Shown: positions 1-9,847, counted from the stretch's first letter. The stretch: DNA of 64,000 nt from Nitrosopumilus sp. (GCA_965219345.1 OZ244732.1:1-64000), one strand, 5' to 3'. The notes: generated from the letters alone by a model not told the origin. Numbers and translations are program-made.

Positions 1-965
1 ACAGATGTCATGACGCTGAAATAGGCTCAAAAATTATCAAGGGATGCAGTCACGAGGGAGAAGCAGACATCACAAAAGATCTTGGAAAACTAGCTTGGAA
101 AGTAGAGTTTGCAGCAAGATGGTCAGCATTCGATATTAGATTTGAAGCGTATGGAAAAGACATAATGGATTCTGTAAAAGTAAATGACTGGATTGCAGAT
201 GAAATTTTGGGATTCCCACATCCTCATCATGTAAAATATGAAATGTTCTTAGATAAAGGAGGAAAAAAGATTTCAAAATCATTAGGCAATGTCATAACTG
301 CACAAAAATGGCTAGAGTTTGGTAGTCCAAAGTCAATTCTATTATTACTATACAAAAGAATTACAGGTGCACGAGAGTTAGGATTTGAAGATATACCATC
401 TTTAATGAATGAATACAATGAATTAGAAGATATTTACTTTGGAAGAATCAAAATAGACAACCAAGTAAAACTGACAAAATTGAAAGGACTCTACGAGTAT
501 GTTAACCTCCTCGAGTCTCCAAAACAATCAAGCATACATGTGAACTATAGGCTTCTAATCGAATTAACCAAGATCTTCAAAGAAAATAGAGGAGAAAGAG
601 TAATGAAAAAATTGGTTGATTATGGAGTAATAAAAAATCCTGAACCAGAGATTGAAAAACTCATCGAGATTGCAGGAAACTTTTCAGATGAGTTTGATCA
701 ACAAGAAAAAATACAGATAGAATTAGATGATTCCGCAAAAAAAGCGTTACAGATACTTGTAGATACGCTTAGTTCAGAGAAAGAGCCAGAGGACATTCAA
801 AATACAATTTATCAAATTGCAAAATCCAATGATGTACAACCAAAAGACTTCTTCAAAATATTATACCAAATAATATTAGGTACCTCAAGAGGCCCCAAGA
901 TAGGGCCTTTCATCTCAGACATTGGAAGAAAACAAGTAGCAAAAACACTTTCAGAGTATGTATAA
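1..965 (+). CDS. lysS: Class I lysyl-tRNA synthetase, C-terminal part (5' end outside window)
   Basis: Frame is open from position 3 (GKLAWKVEFAARW...EAYGKD). Contains the KISKSLGN (KMSKS-like) motif and the C-terminal GPKIG motif. Confidence 0.93.
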   Translation, partial: RCHDAEIGSKIIKGCSHEGEADITKDLGKLAWKVEFAARWSAFDIRFEAYGKDIMDSVKVNDWIADEILGFPHPHHVKYEMFLDKGGKKISKSLGNVITAQKWLEFGSPKSILLLLYKRITGARELGFEDIPSLMNEYNELEDIYFGRIKIDNQVKLTKLKGLYEYVNLLESPKQSSIHVNYRLLIELTKIFKENRGERVMKKLVDYGVIKNPEPEIEKLIEIAGNFSDEFDQQEKIQIELDDSAKKALQILVDTLSSEKEPEDIQNTIYQIAKSNDVQPKDFFKILYQIILGTSRGPKIGPFISDIGRKQVAKTLSEYV

Positions 966-967
966 CC

Positions 968-1168
968 ATGGTTCACATAGAACATAACACACCACGTAAC
1001 AATGGCGGATTTGCCTTGATAATTTTAGGTGCATTATTGTTATTCCTTGCACCAAATATCTACTCAGAAATGCCAGAACTAGGCACAATGTCATTGTTTG
1101 GAGGAATTATTATTGGCGGCATTGGGTTTTATCTGAAATTTTTCAGAGGGCGAGTCAAACAAGAGTAA
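968..1168 (+). CDS. Small two-TM membrane protein
   Basis: 66 aa ORF directly after lysS with two hydrophobic segments. Confidence 0.7.
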   Translation: MVHIEHNTPRNNGGFALIILGALLLFLAPNIYSEMPELGTMSLFGGIIIGGIGFYLKFFRGRVKQE

Positions 1169-1199
1169 AGAAAGATTCATCTTTTGGGAATACCAGATT

Positions 1200-1961
1200 A
1201 TGGACATGGGGTTTTTTAGCAAGAGAAATGCAGATGGGATGATTTCTAAAAAAAGTAAAGAACCTAAACAAAGAAAAGATCTTAAGACAAAAGCAAAAAA
1301 TATTCAAAATGGGTCTAATAAAAAACAAGAAGAACTAACTGTTATCACAGACAAGAATCAGACAGTAAAAGAAGAATACAATACTACAGTTAGCAACCTA
1401 ATGTTAGTTAAAAAAGAACTTAATCAAAAAAACATGGAATTAGACATAGTTCAGATAGAATATAAAAAAATTAGAGAAAAAATTAATAATTTTGAGAAGA
1501 TCAAAGATTCAAAATCAATTAGTGAATTCAATAAAACTGAAAAAAATCTTTCAAAAATGAAACAAAAATTAGAAGAAATCACAGAAAAATATGATAGTAT
1601 AAAAAAACAAGTTGAACAAGAGCAATCTACACTACAGAACATCAGAAGCCAGCAGATGGAATATCAAAAAGAATTAGATGAAGCAAGGGTTAGACTATAC
1701 AATGCAAAAGAAGAACTGGATAGAAAAGGTAATTTTCAGGAGGTTAGTGTTCTAACACCTAAAGAAAGAAAATTTATCCAGGGGGAGAGTTCAAATCAGA
1801 AAGGTTCTGCAGGGATTATAGAGGCTGCAAGCGCAGTAGTGGGTTCATTAAAGTCAAAACTCAACATGGCACAGAAAGAATTAGAAGCAGTTCAATTACT
1901 TTTAGAAAAAGAAAGAGAAGAACATGAAAAAACTAAACGACAATTAAAAAAACTCAAGTAA
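1200..1961 (+). CDS. Coiled-coil hypothetical protein
   Basis: 253 aa, K/E/Q-rich heptad pattern. Confidence 0.75.
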   Translation: MDMGFFSKRNADGMISKKSKEPKQRKDLKTKAKNIQNGSNKKQEELTVITDKNQTVKEEYNTTVSNLMLVKKELNQKNMELDIVQIEYKKIREKINNFEKIKDSKSISEFNKTEKNLSKMKQKLEEITEKYDSIKKQVEQEQSTLQNIRSQQMEYQKELDEARVRLYNAKEELDRKGNFQEVSVLTPKERKFIQGESSNQKGSAGIIEAASAVVGSLKSKLNMAQKELEAVQLLLEKEREEHEKTKRQLKKLK

Positions 1962-1982
1962 TTAATAAAAATATTAGAATAA

Positions 1983-2450
1983 TCATAAACTATCAAAATG
2001 CTTTTTCCATTTTGATTTTATTTCTTGTTCTGAAATTCCCATATCATATAATGGAGAAGTCACTTCAGATACGTTTGAGACATCAACTAATACAATTGAA
2101 TTGATTGTACTTTTGATTCCTTTTTTTCTATAATGGCTAAGAATTTCCTCGTACAAAGAACCATCTTTAATGATTCTAGCCTGACCTTTGAATAGATAGC
2201 CCTTACGTAGAAGAGGGTCAATTACATTAATTTCCACATTAGGATTACTCTGTAAATTCTTCACAGTATCAGGTGAACGAATATCTGCAAATGCCAACAC
2301 TTCTGATGTCCAAGCAATGATAGTTCCTTTTGGAGAAATGTTTGGTTTACCATCAGTAGTAACAGTTGCCACATAGCCTAGCCTTTGAAGATCCAGAAAG
2401 TCCTTAATTTCTTGAGTAATCATGGTAATTGTTACTACAAATAATTCCAA
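1983..2450 (-). CDS. Pyridoxamine 5'-phosphate oxidase-family FMN-binding protein
   Basis: VATVTTDGKPNISPKG and TVKNLQSNP motifs. True start is probably the second Met (MITQEIK). Confidence 0.85.
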   Translation of the reverse strand: MELFVVTITMITQEIKDFLDLQRLGYVATVTTDGKPNISPKGTIIAWTSEVLAFADIRSPDTVKNLQSNPNVEINVIDPLLRKGYLFKGQARIIKDGSLYEEILSHYRKKGIKSTINSIVLVDVSNVSEVTSPLYDMGISEQEIKSKWKKHFDSL

Positions 2451-2468
2451 CGTAATTAGTTTTCAGTA

Positions 2469-2591
2469 CTAGCGCATTACTTCAGTCATCCATTGAGAAA
2501 AGAAGAAAAATCCAATTCCGCCGCTAATAATTGCAATCCAAGATACGATTTGTTTATTTTTAGACATTATGAAGGTAATTGCCAGACTCAT
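2469..2591 (-). CDS. Putative 40 aa single-TM micro-protein
   Basis: Manual translation: MSLAITFIMSKNKQIVSWIAIISGGIGFFFFSQWMTEVMR. Not in the ORF track. Confidence 0.4.
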   Translation of the reverse strand: MSLAITFIMSKNKQIVSWIAIISGGIGFFFFSQWMTEVMR

Positions 2592-2652
2592 TATTGAATC
2601 TAATTAAATTTCCCCAGACAATTATAATTAGACTAGTGGTTGATTAGCAATA

Positions 2653-2802
2653 TTGACAAGTATCAAAGATATTGGAAGTTTCTTTATGTTTATTGTTGGG
2701 GGATTAGTGGCCATAATAGTTGGTTCTTTTATGATTCGGGGAACTATGCATATGTGGGACAAGCCAGAAAATGGAAAAAAAGATGAGAAAGATAATGACT
2801 AA
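2653..2802 (+). CDS. Putative 49 aa single-TM micro-protein
   Basis: TTG start; MTSIKDIGSFFMFIVGGLVAIIVGSFMIRGTMHMWDKPENGKKDEKDND, a TM helix plus charged tail. Confidence 0.55.
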   Translation: MTSIKDIGSFFMFIVGGLVAIIVGSFMIRGTMHMWDKPENGKKDEKDND

Positions 2803-2831
2803 AAAACAAGTGCTGTCAAATTACATTAGAA

Positions 2832-3131
2832 TTGCTTCAAGACTCTTCAATTAGAAAATCACTTGATCAATACATAAAAAGAAGAATTCAAGAGATACCA
2901 ACTGAAATCAAACAAACATTTCCAAACATTAAAAAAATTTGGAAGTGTGATGATGAAGCAGATTTTCTTTATGGATACTATGTTGGAAAGATCGAAGAAG
3001 GATCCTTACATTATTTGCTGAAAGCAACTCGTGCATCAGCTGGAGGTTATGTAGATACTTTTGAAATAAGAGGGATTATTGAAACACATAAGACAGAATT
3101 GCACGATGCAATAAAATCTGCAATAAATTAG
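2832..3131 (+). CDS. Hypothetical protein
   Basis: 99 aa ORF with host-like codon usage; DFLYGYYVG core. Confidence 0.7.
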   Translation: MLQDSSIRKSLDQYIKRRIQEIPTEIKQTFPNIKKIWKCDDEADFLYGYYVGKIEEGSLHYLLKATRASAGGYVDTFEIRGIIETHKTELHDAIKSAIN

Positions 3132-3165
3132 TGAAGTAGAAATACTACATCAATTATGTTAAAAC

Positions 3166-3339
3166 ATGGTAGGGCCACAAGACGGAGGTTTTGGATTTGA
3201 TCAATCTAAAAAATATACAAGTGTGGATAATATTGATGAGGTTTGTGTCCAGTGTCAAGCAGGACAACATAAAAAATGTTTGAAAAAAGCTGGACAGCAA
3301 GAGGTTTGCGAGTGCGAACAATGCATGATTTATGGTTAA
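3166..3339 (+). CDS. 57 aa Cys-rich metal-binding micro-protein
   Basis: Manual translation ends ...EVCVQCQAGQHKKCLKKAGQQEVCECEQCMIYG; 6 Cys plus 1 His. Confidence 0.65.
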   Translation: MVGPQDGGFGFDQSKKYTSVDNIDEVCVQCQAGQHKKCLKKAGQQEVCECEQCMIYG

Positions 3340-3392
3340 ATTGAAAGATAGATCAGGCAATTTTTATTAATAATAGAAATTAAGATCTAGTC

Positions 3393-3512
3393 TTGTCAAA
3401 TCAGTACACATTCGAATGTAAGTTTTGTAGAAAGGATTTTGGCACAAATGTCATAGATCTAGCATTACATATTGGCAGAGTTCATGATAAACCAAGAAAT
3501 TCATTTTGTTAG
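3393..3512 (+). CDS. 39 aa C2H2-type zinc-finger micro-protein
   Basis: TTG start; MSNQYTFECKFCRKDFGTNVIDLALHIGRVHDKPRNSFC. Confidence 0.6.
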   Translation: MSNQYTFECKFCRKDFGTNVIDLALHIGRVHDKPRNSFC

Positions 3513-3519
3513 TAAAAAA

Positions 3520-3852
3520 TTAAAGACCCGATAACTTGTTTTCAAGTTTCTGAATTTCTTTTTGATATGAATCAGAAACATTTTGGGCAAATTCTTTGTG
3601 TGCTGAAATGATTATAGATAAAGCCTCTTTGTAATTTGGGTGTCCTTTCTTAATTACATCGCATGATTCAAGCGAAGTTATATGACCTGTAACAGTTGCA
3701 ATTGCCCCTTTGTGATTGAATTTGATGATTCCACCAAAGGCCTCAATTAGCATGTAAGCAAATTCTGCTTTACATTTGTAAGTAACCCGCCCAGTTTCAG
3801 TATTGAATAATTGTGTAACACCACCTGGCTTTCTTGTTACAACAACTGTCAT
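3520..3852 (-). CDS. Hypothetical protein
   Basis: 110 aa ORF with ATG start. Confidence 0.6.
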   Translation of the reverse strand: MTVVVTRKPGGVTQLFNTETGRVTYKCKAEFAYMLIEAFGGIIKFNHKGAIATVTGHITSLESCDVIKKGHPNYKEALSIIISAHKEFAQNVSDSYQKEIQKLENKLSGL

Positions 3853-3901
3853 AAAATATGAAAAAAATATCCAGTATTAATGATTTTAGAAAAAAGATTT
3901 T

Positions 3902-4417
3902 CTAGGCAGTTGCGTCAGCAGGAGCTGCAGCAGTTGCCGCCAGAATCTTGTCTATCTCATTTATGGCGATTTTATCTCTTCCGATCAGTTCAAACTTTTG
4001 TATCAAAGTTTCAAACTTTGTTTCCTCTTGAACTTGTTCATTGACAAACCATTCTAGAAATGCATATGTTGAATGATCCTTATCTTTTTGTGAGATTTCA
4101 ACCATCTTGTGAATCGCAGTTGTAACTGTTTGTTCATTCTTTAGTGCAGTCTTTAGAATAGATTCTAGAGATTTGAAATTACTTGCTGGTGATTTTGTAG
4201 CAGGAATTGCTGCAGGAATGCCCAAATTATTCAGATAATGAATAAATTTCAGCATGTGTGTTCTCTCTTCTTCTGACTGTGCATAAAAGAAACTGGCACC
4301 ACCTTCGTATCCAGTAACTTCACACCACGATGCCATTGCCATATAGCTATTCGATGCACTTGCTTCTAGAGTAATTTGGTTGTTTAGTGCTTTTTGCATA
4401 TTTTTTGAAATTTTCAT
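3902..4417 (-). CDS. ftnA: Non-heme ferritin
   Basis: LNNQITLE...SY, QSEEERTHM and FLEWFVNEQVQEE ferroxidase motifs. Confidence 0.93.
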   Translation of the reverse strand: MKISKNMQKALNNQITLEASASNSYMAMASWCEVTGYEGGASFFYAQSEEERTHMLKFIHYLNNLGIPAAIPATKSPASNFKSLESILKTALKNEQTVTTAIHKMVEISQKDKDHSTYAFLEWFVNEQVQEETKFETLIQKFELIGRDKIAINEIDKILAATAAAPADATA

Positions 4418-4459
4418 AATATTTTCACATTTGGATTTAATTTAAACAATTCTAATCAT

Positions 4460-5734
4460 TCAAAATTGGAATCTAGTGATAACAAACACTATTGCAAATC
4501 CAGATAAAAATATAATTCCTGCAAAACTCAAAATTCTTAAGAACATAGATGGTTGAGAGGCTTTATCGAGAAATTTACCCGTGACTAGTCTAAAATTAAA
4601 AAGAGCAATTACAGGAGCTATTAGAAATGACATGACAGTTGCAAAGTCGACTAATTCTTTCAAATTATTTTCAAATTGAAATATGATTGCAAGAGCCCCA
4701 CCAGCTATTACAAATAAGAAAATAACGTATAGTTTACGGAATTTTGTGCTTATTTTATCATCATTTTTAGCAAAAATCAATTCTACGGTTCGCTTTAATG
4801 ACCTAGAATAACCATCCAAAACAGCAATGATTGTTCCAAACATTACTGTAAATGCAGATGCGGCAATGATGATGTAACTCCAATCACCAATTGTTTGAGT
4901 GTATAATGATACTATTTTATTTGCAAAAAGAGAATTGTTGTTTGGTAACTCTTCACCAGAGCCATAGAAAATAAAAGTGCCAAGTGTAACAAACATTATT
5001 GCAAGAATTCCAGTGATGAAATATGTTAATCTGAATTCAAAAAGGGTTTCCTTGAGTTTTGGTTTGTAGTTAGTTTGTTTCATTCTCTCTAATGTCCATA
5101 AACTGTTCCAGCTAGAGAGATCAAGAGCAGTAGGCATCCATCCCATTAAAGCAAGTAAGAAAAATATTCCGGAAATATTCCATAGTTCTTTTGGTACAAA
5201 TCCTTCCACTGGTTCTATGGGGCCATTATACAATGCAAGCAAGAAAGCAGAGACAGTAGAAATCACCAAAACAATAACTATAATCTTGATCAGACTATCA
5301 AGAATATTGTATTTCCCAACAGCTAAAATTGAAACACATATCGCAAACAAAATAATTATGGTCCATTCTCCAAGAAAATCTATTCCGAAAAGATTTTCAA
5401 AAAATCCTGCAGTAACAAACCCCACAGCTCCCGTAACAAAAAACATTGAAGCAATAGTTAATAGAAAATATAGCCACAAAGCAGGCTTGCCAAGTTTCTT
5501 GTAGCCGTCAATGATACTAGTTTGCGTAGAGTTTGCATAACGAGAACCATATTCAAAAAATGGATATTTTAACAAAGTAACTACAATAACAAATCCTAAA
5601 ATCAGTAAACCAAAGTCAGCACCAGCCCTTGTTGACTGTACCAAATGAGAGACACCAATGGCAGTACTTGCAAATAAAATTCCAGGACCAGCTGTCTTTG
5701 AAAAGCGAGATAATTTCTCATTCATTATGCTCAA
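4460..5734 (-). CDS. NRAMP/APC-family divalent metal cation transporter
   Basis: GPGILFASTAIGVSHLVQSTRAGA signature and about 11 TM segments. Confidence 0.8.
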   Translation of the reverse strand: MSIMNEKLSRFSKTAGPGILFASTAIGVSHLVQSTRAGADFGLLILGFVIVVTLLKYPFFEYGSRYANSTQTSIIDGYKKLGKPALWLYFLLTIASMFFVTGAVGFVTAGFFENLFGIDFLGEWTIIILFAICVSILAVGKYNILDSLIKIIVIVLVISTVSAFLLALYNGPIEPVEGFVPKELWNISGIFFLLALMGWMPTALDLSSWNSLWTLERMKQTNYKPKLKETLFEFRLTYFITGILAIMFVTLGTFIFYGSGEELPNNNSLFANKIVSLYTQTIGDWSYIIIAASAFTVMFGTIIAVLDGYSRSLKRTVELIFAKNDDKISTKFRKLYVIFLFVIAGGALAIIFQFENNLKELVDFATVMSFLIAPVIALFNFRLVTGKFLDKASQPSMFLRILSFAGIIFLSGFAIVFVITRFQF

Positions 5735-5749
5735 AAAACCTTAGAAAAT

Positions 5750-6121
5750 CTAAACAGTATTGACATTCCAGGAATCATCAACCCAAACACCAACAACTTT
5801 TACACCTAAGTTCCATGAAGAGATTGTTTCAACTCCTTTTTTAATAAATTCAATGTGTTCCCCATCAGAGACGGGATTTGCTGCACAATTGTAATGTCCA
5901 GAAAAAACAATTAGTTCTGATTTGTGAGCATGAATGGATATTCTAGCTTTAGTTTTGATGGAATCAGTGATGGAATCTTTTGTAATGTTCTTATCAACAC
6001 CTGGTTCAGTAATTACATCCACATAATCAACTGAATAATTTTCCTTAATCCATTTTGCTAGGGGGATTTGTATTCTTCCATCAATACATGAAACAGAAGT
6101 TGCAAATTTTCCTTCAGACAT
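5750..6121 (-). CDS. Minimal beta-type carbonic anhydrase-like protein
   Basis: SCIDGR (Cys-x-Asp-x-Arg) and GHYNC (His-x2-Cys) zinc-ligand motifs. Confidence 0.7.
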   Translation of the reverse strand: MSEGKFATSVSCIDGRIQIPLAKWIKENYSVDYVDVITEPGVDKNITKDSITDSIKTKARISIHAHKSELIVFSGHYNCAANPVSDGEHIEFIKKGVETISSWNLGVKVVGVWVDDSWNVNTV

Positions 6122-6150
6122 GATTTCAGGTAATCATTCTAGTTTAAAAA

Positions 6151-6723
6151 TTATCTTTGATAGAGAAAACATTGAGACGTGTGATCATTAACCATTCCTG
6201 TTGCCTGCATTAATGCATAACAAATTGTAGGTCCAACAAAATTAAATCCACGCTTTTTAAGATCTTTACTCAGTTTCTTTGAAATGTCAGTTGATGCAGG
6301 CAAATCTGACAATTTTTTGTAGTTGTTTTTAATTGGCTTGTGATCAATAAATCCCCACAGATAATTATCAAATGAGCCGAACTCGTCTTGAATTTTTAGA
6401 AATTGTATTGCATTGTTAATTGCTGAAGTGATCTTCAGTTTGTTTCTAATGATAGATTCATCTTTGAGCAGTTTTTTGACGTGTTTTTGAGTGTATTTTG
6501 AGACTGTCAAGACATCAAAATCTGAAAATGCCTTCCTGTAGCCATCTCTACGTTTGAGAATGATAGTCCAAGATAGACCAGCTTGAGCTCCCTCCAGTAT
6601 TAGAAATTCAAACAATTTTTGATCATTGTGTTGCGGTCTACCCCATTCTTTGTCATGGTATGAGATGTTTAGTTCGTCTTTTGCCCACTCACATCTCTTT
6701 TTCATAGTTTGTCTATAATTCAA
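6151..6723 (-). CDS. tag: DNA-3-methyladenine glycosylase I
   Basis: RCEWA, YHDKEWG, LILEGAQAGLSW, FVGPTICYALMQATGMVNDH. Confidence 0.95.
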   Translation of the reverse strand: MNYRQTMKKRCEWAKDELNISYHDKEWGRPQHNDQKLFEFLILEGAQAGLSWTIILKRRDGYRKAFSDFDVLTVSKYTQKHVKKLLKDESIIRNKLKITSAINNAIQFLKIQDEFGSFDNYLWGFIDHKPIKNNYKKLSDLPASTDISKKLSKDLKKRGFNFVGPTICYALMQATGMVNDHTSQCFLYQR

Positions 6724-6736
6724 TACAAAATATTAG

Positions 6737-7183
6737 TTGTCAAATAGTATAGAAACTATGAAGCTAAATCAGCAGTTACTACAGATTAACAGAAATTTTC
6801 TGATCTGCTTTGTTATTTCAGCATCACTATCAGCAGTAGCTGCCCAACTACTATCAGGATATGAGAACTATCTAAACACAACTCTTACTATAATTTTTGG
6901 ATACGCAGTTTACTTTGGGATTTTTTCATGTTTGTTTTATTGGGACAACAAGAGACGCTACAAGACTATGAAATCAAGTTTGATCAAAAGAGAACTGCTA
7001 GCTTTGGTTTCATCATTTGGAGTAGGTGAAATAATCTATCTTGGAACGAGATGGCCAACGCTGTATTATTTTCTTGAGATTGGAATAGAACCATTCTTGG
7101 CATCACTAATTTCAGAAGTTATCTCAACTGCATTATACATGGCAACAGTTACGATATTTCTTAGAAAGACAAAAACGTTTTAG
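6737..7183 (+). CDS. Four-TM membrane protein
   Basis: 148 aa with four hydrophobic helices. Confidence 0.7.
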   Translation: MSNSIETMKLNQQLLQINRNFLICFVISASLSAVAAQLLSGYENYLNTTLTIIFGYAVYFGIFSCLFYWDNKRRYKTMKSSLIKRELLALVSSFGVGEIIYLGTRWPTLYYFLEIGIEPFLASLISEVISTALYMATVTIFLRKTKTF

Positions 7184-7582
7184 CTATTTTGCAAGCTGGT
7201 TAACTAAATCAGTAGATGTAACTAGTCCAACAATTGTTCCATTATCAGAAACTGCGAGTTTTCTAATTTTTTTGCTAGTCATCATTTCTGCTGCTGCAGA
7301 TATTGGTTCATCATGACTGATTATGATTAGTGGAGAAGACATTATTTTTTCAACCGGAGTATCAAATGAAAGATTATTTGCAGCTATCTTTGTTGCAAAG
7401 TCTCTATCTGTAATTATACCAACAAGATTCTCGTTTTCTTTGACAAGAACAGCACCTATCCCTCCCTGTTCCATCATCTTTGCTATTTGCAAAGCTGTAG
7501 TTGCAGGATTTACAGAGATCAGGGCTTTGGTCATAATATCCTTGACTAGAATAGAAGAGGAGTTAAAATCGCCAGAGCTCAT
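7184..7582 (-). CDS. CBS-domain pair protein
   Basis: VKDIMT...LVGIITDRD and KIMSSP...IVGLVTSTDL. Confidence 0.92.
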   Translation of the reverse strand: MSSGDFNSSSILVKDIMTKALISVNPATTALQIAKMMEQGGIGAVLVKENENLVGIITDRDFATKIAANNLSFDTPVEKIMSSPLIIISHDEPISAAAEMMTSKKIRKLAVSDNGTIVGLVTSTDLVNQLAK

Positions 7583-7624
7583 TACTACTTTTTGAGACTG
7601 TTGTATTTAAGAAATAACAAAAAG

Positions 7625-7699
7625 CGGGCTCGACCGGATTTGAACCGGTGACCTAACGCTCCGCAAGCGTTCGCACTATCCAAGCTGTGCAACGAGTCC
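7625..7699 (-). tRNA. tRNA-Arg(GCG)
   Basis: GGACTCGTTGCACAGCTTGGATAGTGCG-AACGC-TTGCGGA-GCGTT-AGGTC-ACCGG-TTCAAAT-CCGGT-CGAGCCCG folds as a cloverleaf with anticodon GCG. Confidence 0.95.
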
Positions 7700-7736
7700 G
7701 AAAAGTTTTGAAATTTACGCTTAATTTGGATTGCTA

Positions 7737-8561
7737 TTAGTCAGAAACTGTTTGTGTAAAGATGTAAGGAGTCTCTTCTGGTTCGTGAAATGCCCAAACA
7801 GTTGGCAAAGAAATGGTTTGAACAGATTTGAGATTGTTTTTCTCAATTAATGTTCCCCATCCAGCTTCATTTTTTGGATCTGGTTGATATTTTTGAGAGT
7901 TAGTGCCAACAAAAACCCAACCAGTATTTTTCTCAAGGTTGGAGATTGAATCAATTTTTTCCAAGATGCCTGATGCTAGTTTAGTCCCTCCCATTTGTGC
8001 AAGACCGCCAATGAAAAATATTGGATGTGTCATATTCAATGAAGAGTAATCAAATGTTATTGCATTAGAACAATGAGGATGAAAGTTAAGAATAGTCAAA
8101 AGTTTTTGCAGATCAACCAACATATCATCAATTTCTATGCTGTATGATTCCAAATCTAGAACTTTTGCACAAAACGCAATTCTCCCATCTCCGGAACCAA
8201 TATCAATTATTTCTTGATATCCAAGATCTTTTGCAAGTAGAACACCTACATATGCAGACATTATCCATGTTGGAGAAAATGGCGCATGACTTGAAGTATG
8301 TTGAATGCTGTCTAGCCAGTATTTGTTGATGTTACCTTCATAAACAACACAAAGAGTCTTACCAATAGTTTTCTCATAAGAGTTATAGTAGATTGGATTC
8401 TTTTTTGCAAACTGATGTAATAGTTCTAAATCTTGTTGTTCAATTGGAAACATTTCAGACTTTGAAACAGGAATTACTTCTTGAATCTGGCTTGTCCCAT
8501 CATAGAGTTTGGCAAACTCTTTTTTTATATTTACTAAATTTTTAGCAAGTTCTTCAATCAT
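7737..8561 (-). CDS. Putative class I SAM-dependent methyltransferase
   Basis: IIDIGSGDGR glycine motif and SIEID. Likely start is MIEEL, overlapping the upstream stop. Confidence 0.65.
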   Translation of the reverse strand: MIEELAKNLVNIKKEFAKLYDGTSQIQEVIPVSKSEMFPIEQQDLELLHQFAKKNPIYYNSYEKTIGKTLCVVYEGNINKYWLDSIQHTSSHAPFSPTWIMSAYVGVLLAKDLGYQEIIDIGSGDGRIAFCAKVLDLESYSIEIDDMLVDLQKLLTILNFHPHCSNAITFDYSSLNMTHPIFFIGGLAQMGGTKLASGILEKIDSISNLEKNTGWVFVGTNSQKYQPDPKNEAGWGTLIEKNNLKSVQTISLPTVWAFHEPEETPYIFTQTVSD

Positions 8562-8991
8562 GAGACAGCCCTTTCTCATACTGTTCAACAAATTCTTTGG
8601 TACTCATTTTTTGGCGTAGGTCTTCATAGAGTTTAGCTTCGTTTTCAATCTCTTCTTTTGATTTTTCTCGATTACCAGATTGTAGATTCTTTTTAGCATT
8701 TTCAATTGAATTTGCAAGTTGCTCCATAATCTGAGGATGAATGATAGAATTGAATTTCTTTGATATAATTTTCCCAGTTTCTTGAATTTTTTCTAGGAAT
8801 ATTTTGTGCTCATCTGCTTGAAGTTGTTGCTTTAGCATAACAGACATTGAGGAAATATTCATGATTTGATAATATGTCTCAACGATTTCATGCATGGTTA
8901 ATTCAGGGTTTGTTGTTGCATTATTGATCAAATTTTCTAACTTTTCAGATTCAGCATCAAACATACTTGATACATCATCAATGGATGTCAT
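8554..8991 (-). CDS. Helical hypothetical protein
   Basis: 145 aa ORF overlapping the downstream gene start (operon-like). Confidence 0.7.
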   Translation of the reverse strand: MTSIDDVSSMFDAESEKLENLINNATTNPELTMHEIVETYYQIMNISSMSVMLKQQLQADEHKIFLEKIQETGKIISKKFNSIIHPQIMEQLANSIENAKKNLQSGNREKSKEEIENEAKLYEDLRQKMSTKEFVEQYEKGLSHD

Positions 8992-9038
8992 ATGGCAAAA
9001 ATAATATCAAATTTTTAAAAATGTTGGTATTTGAAAAA

Positions 9039-9743
9039 TTATGCTTCTTTTTCTGCAGGTTTGACATAAACATAGTTCATGATCAACCCGGCAATAATTC
9101 CACCTAAGATTGGAGCTGCCCAGTATAACCAATGGAATTCCCAGAATCCAGAGATTAATGCAGGACCAAAGGTTCTTGCAGGATTTACTGATGCGCCAGT
9201 TAATGGAACTGCAACTAGGTGAATAAGGAAAACCATCCCACCAATTGCAAATCCATGTAATCCAGGTGATGCTTTCTTGTGAACAGCAACCATAAAGATT
9301 ACGGTTACTAAGAAGAATGTCATAACTGCCTCTACTGCAAAACCAGAACCTATACTATTATTGATTAAATCACTAGGACCTCCTTGAGTTGCAAAGTTTA
9401 CTTTGGCTCCAAGTTCTGGCAAAATTGCTTTAAGTGTTGCAGCTGCTGCTACTGCACCAATCAATTGTGAAATAATATAACCAACACCATCTGCAATTCC
9501 AATCTTTTTTGTAATCATCATTGGAATAGTAACTGCAGGATTAATGTGGGCGCCAGATACGTGTCCAAATGCATAGACCATCAATGCAATAGCGCCTCCG
9601 TGTCCAAGAGCAATAAACAATACAGATTGTGTTGTTAATTCTTCCCCAAATGCAGAAACAGCTAAAATTACTGAGAGAGGACCGAAAAATACTAATCCAT
9701 AAGTTGCTATTGCTTCAGCAAGGTATGCTCTTGGATTAACCAT
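9039..9743 (-). CDS. Aquaporin (MIP family)
   Basis: Two NPA motifs (SGAHINPAVT, GASVNPARTFG). Start placed at MVNPRAYLAE. Confidence 0.95.
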   Translation of the reverse strand: MVNPRAYLAEAIATYGLVFFGPLSVILAVSAFGEELTTQSVLFIALGHGGAIALMVYAFGHVSGAHINPAVTIPMMITKKIGIADGVGYIISQLIGAVAAAATLKAILPELGAKVNFATQGGPSDLINNSIGSGFAVEAVMTFFLVTVIFMVAVHKKASPGLHGFAIGGMVFLIHLVAVPLTGASVNPARTFGPALISGFWEFHWLYWAAPILGGIIAGLIMNYVYVKPAEKEA

Positions 9744-9847
9744 TATGCAAAAGCCACTACAATTTCCATATAAAAGATTCGGATTAAAGTTATGATCAGA
9801 ACAAGTCAAAAAGTAATTAATTACGGACAAATTCATTTTAGAATGTA

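Noticed and set aside
3154-3360. 68 aa minus-strand ORF
   Set aside because: It overlaps the more convincing Cys-rich plus-strand ORF 3166-3339.
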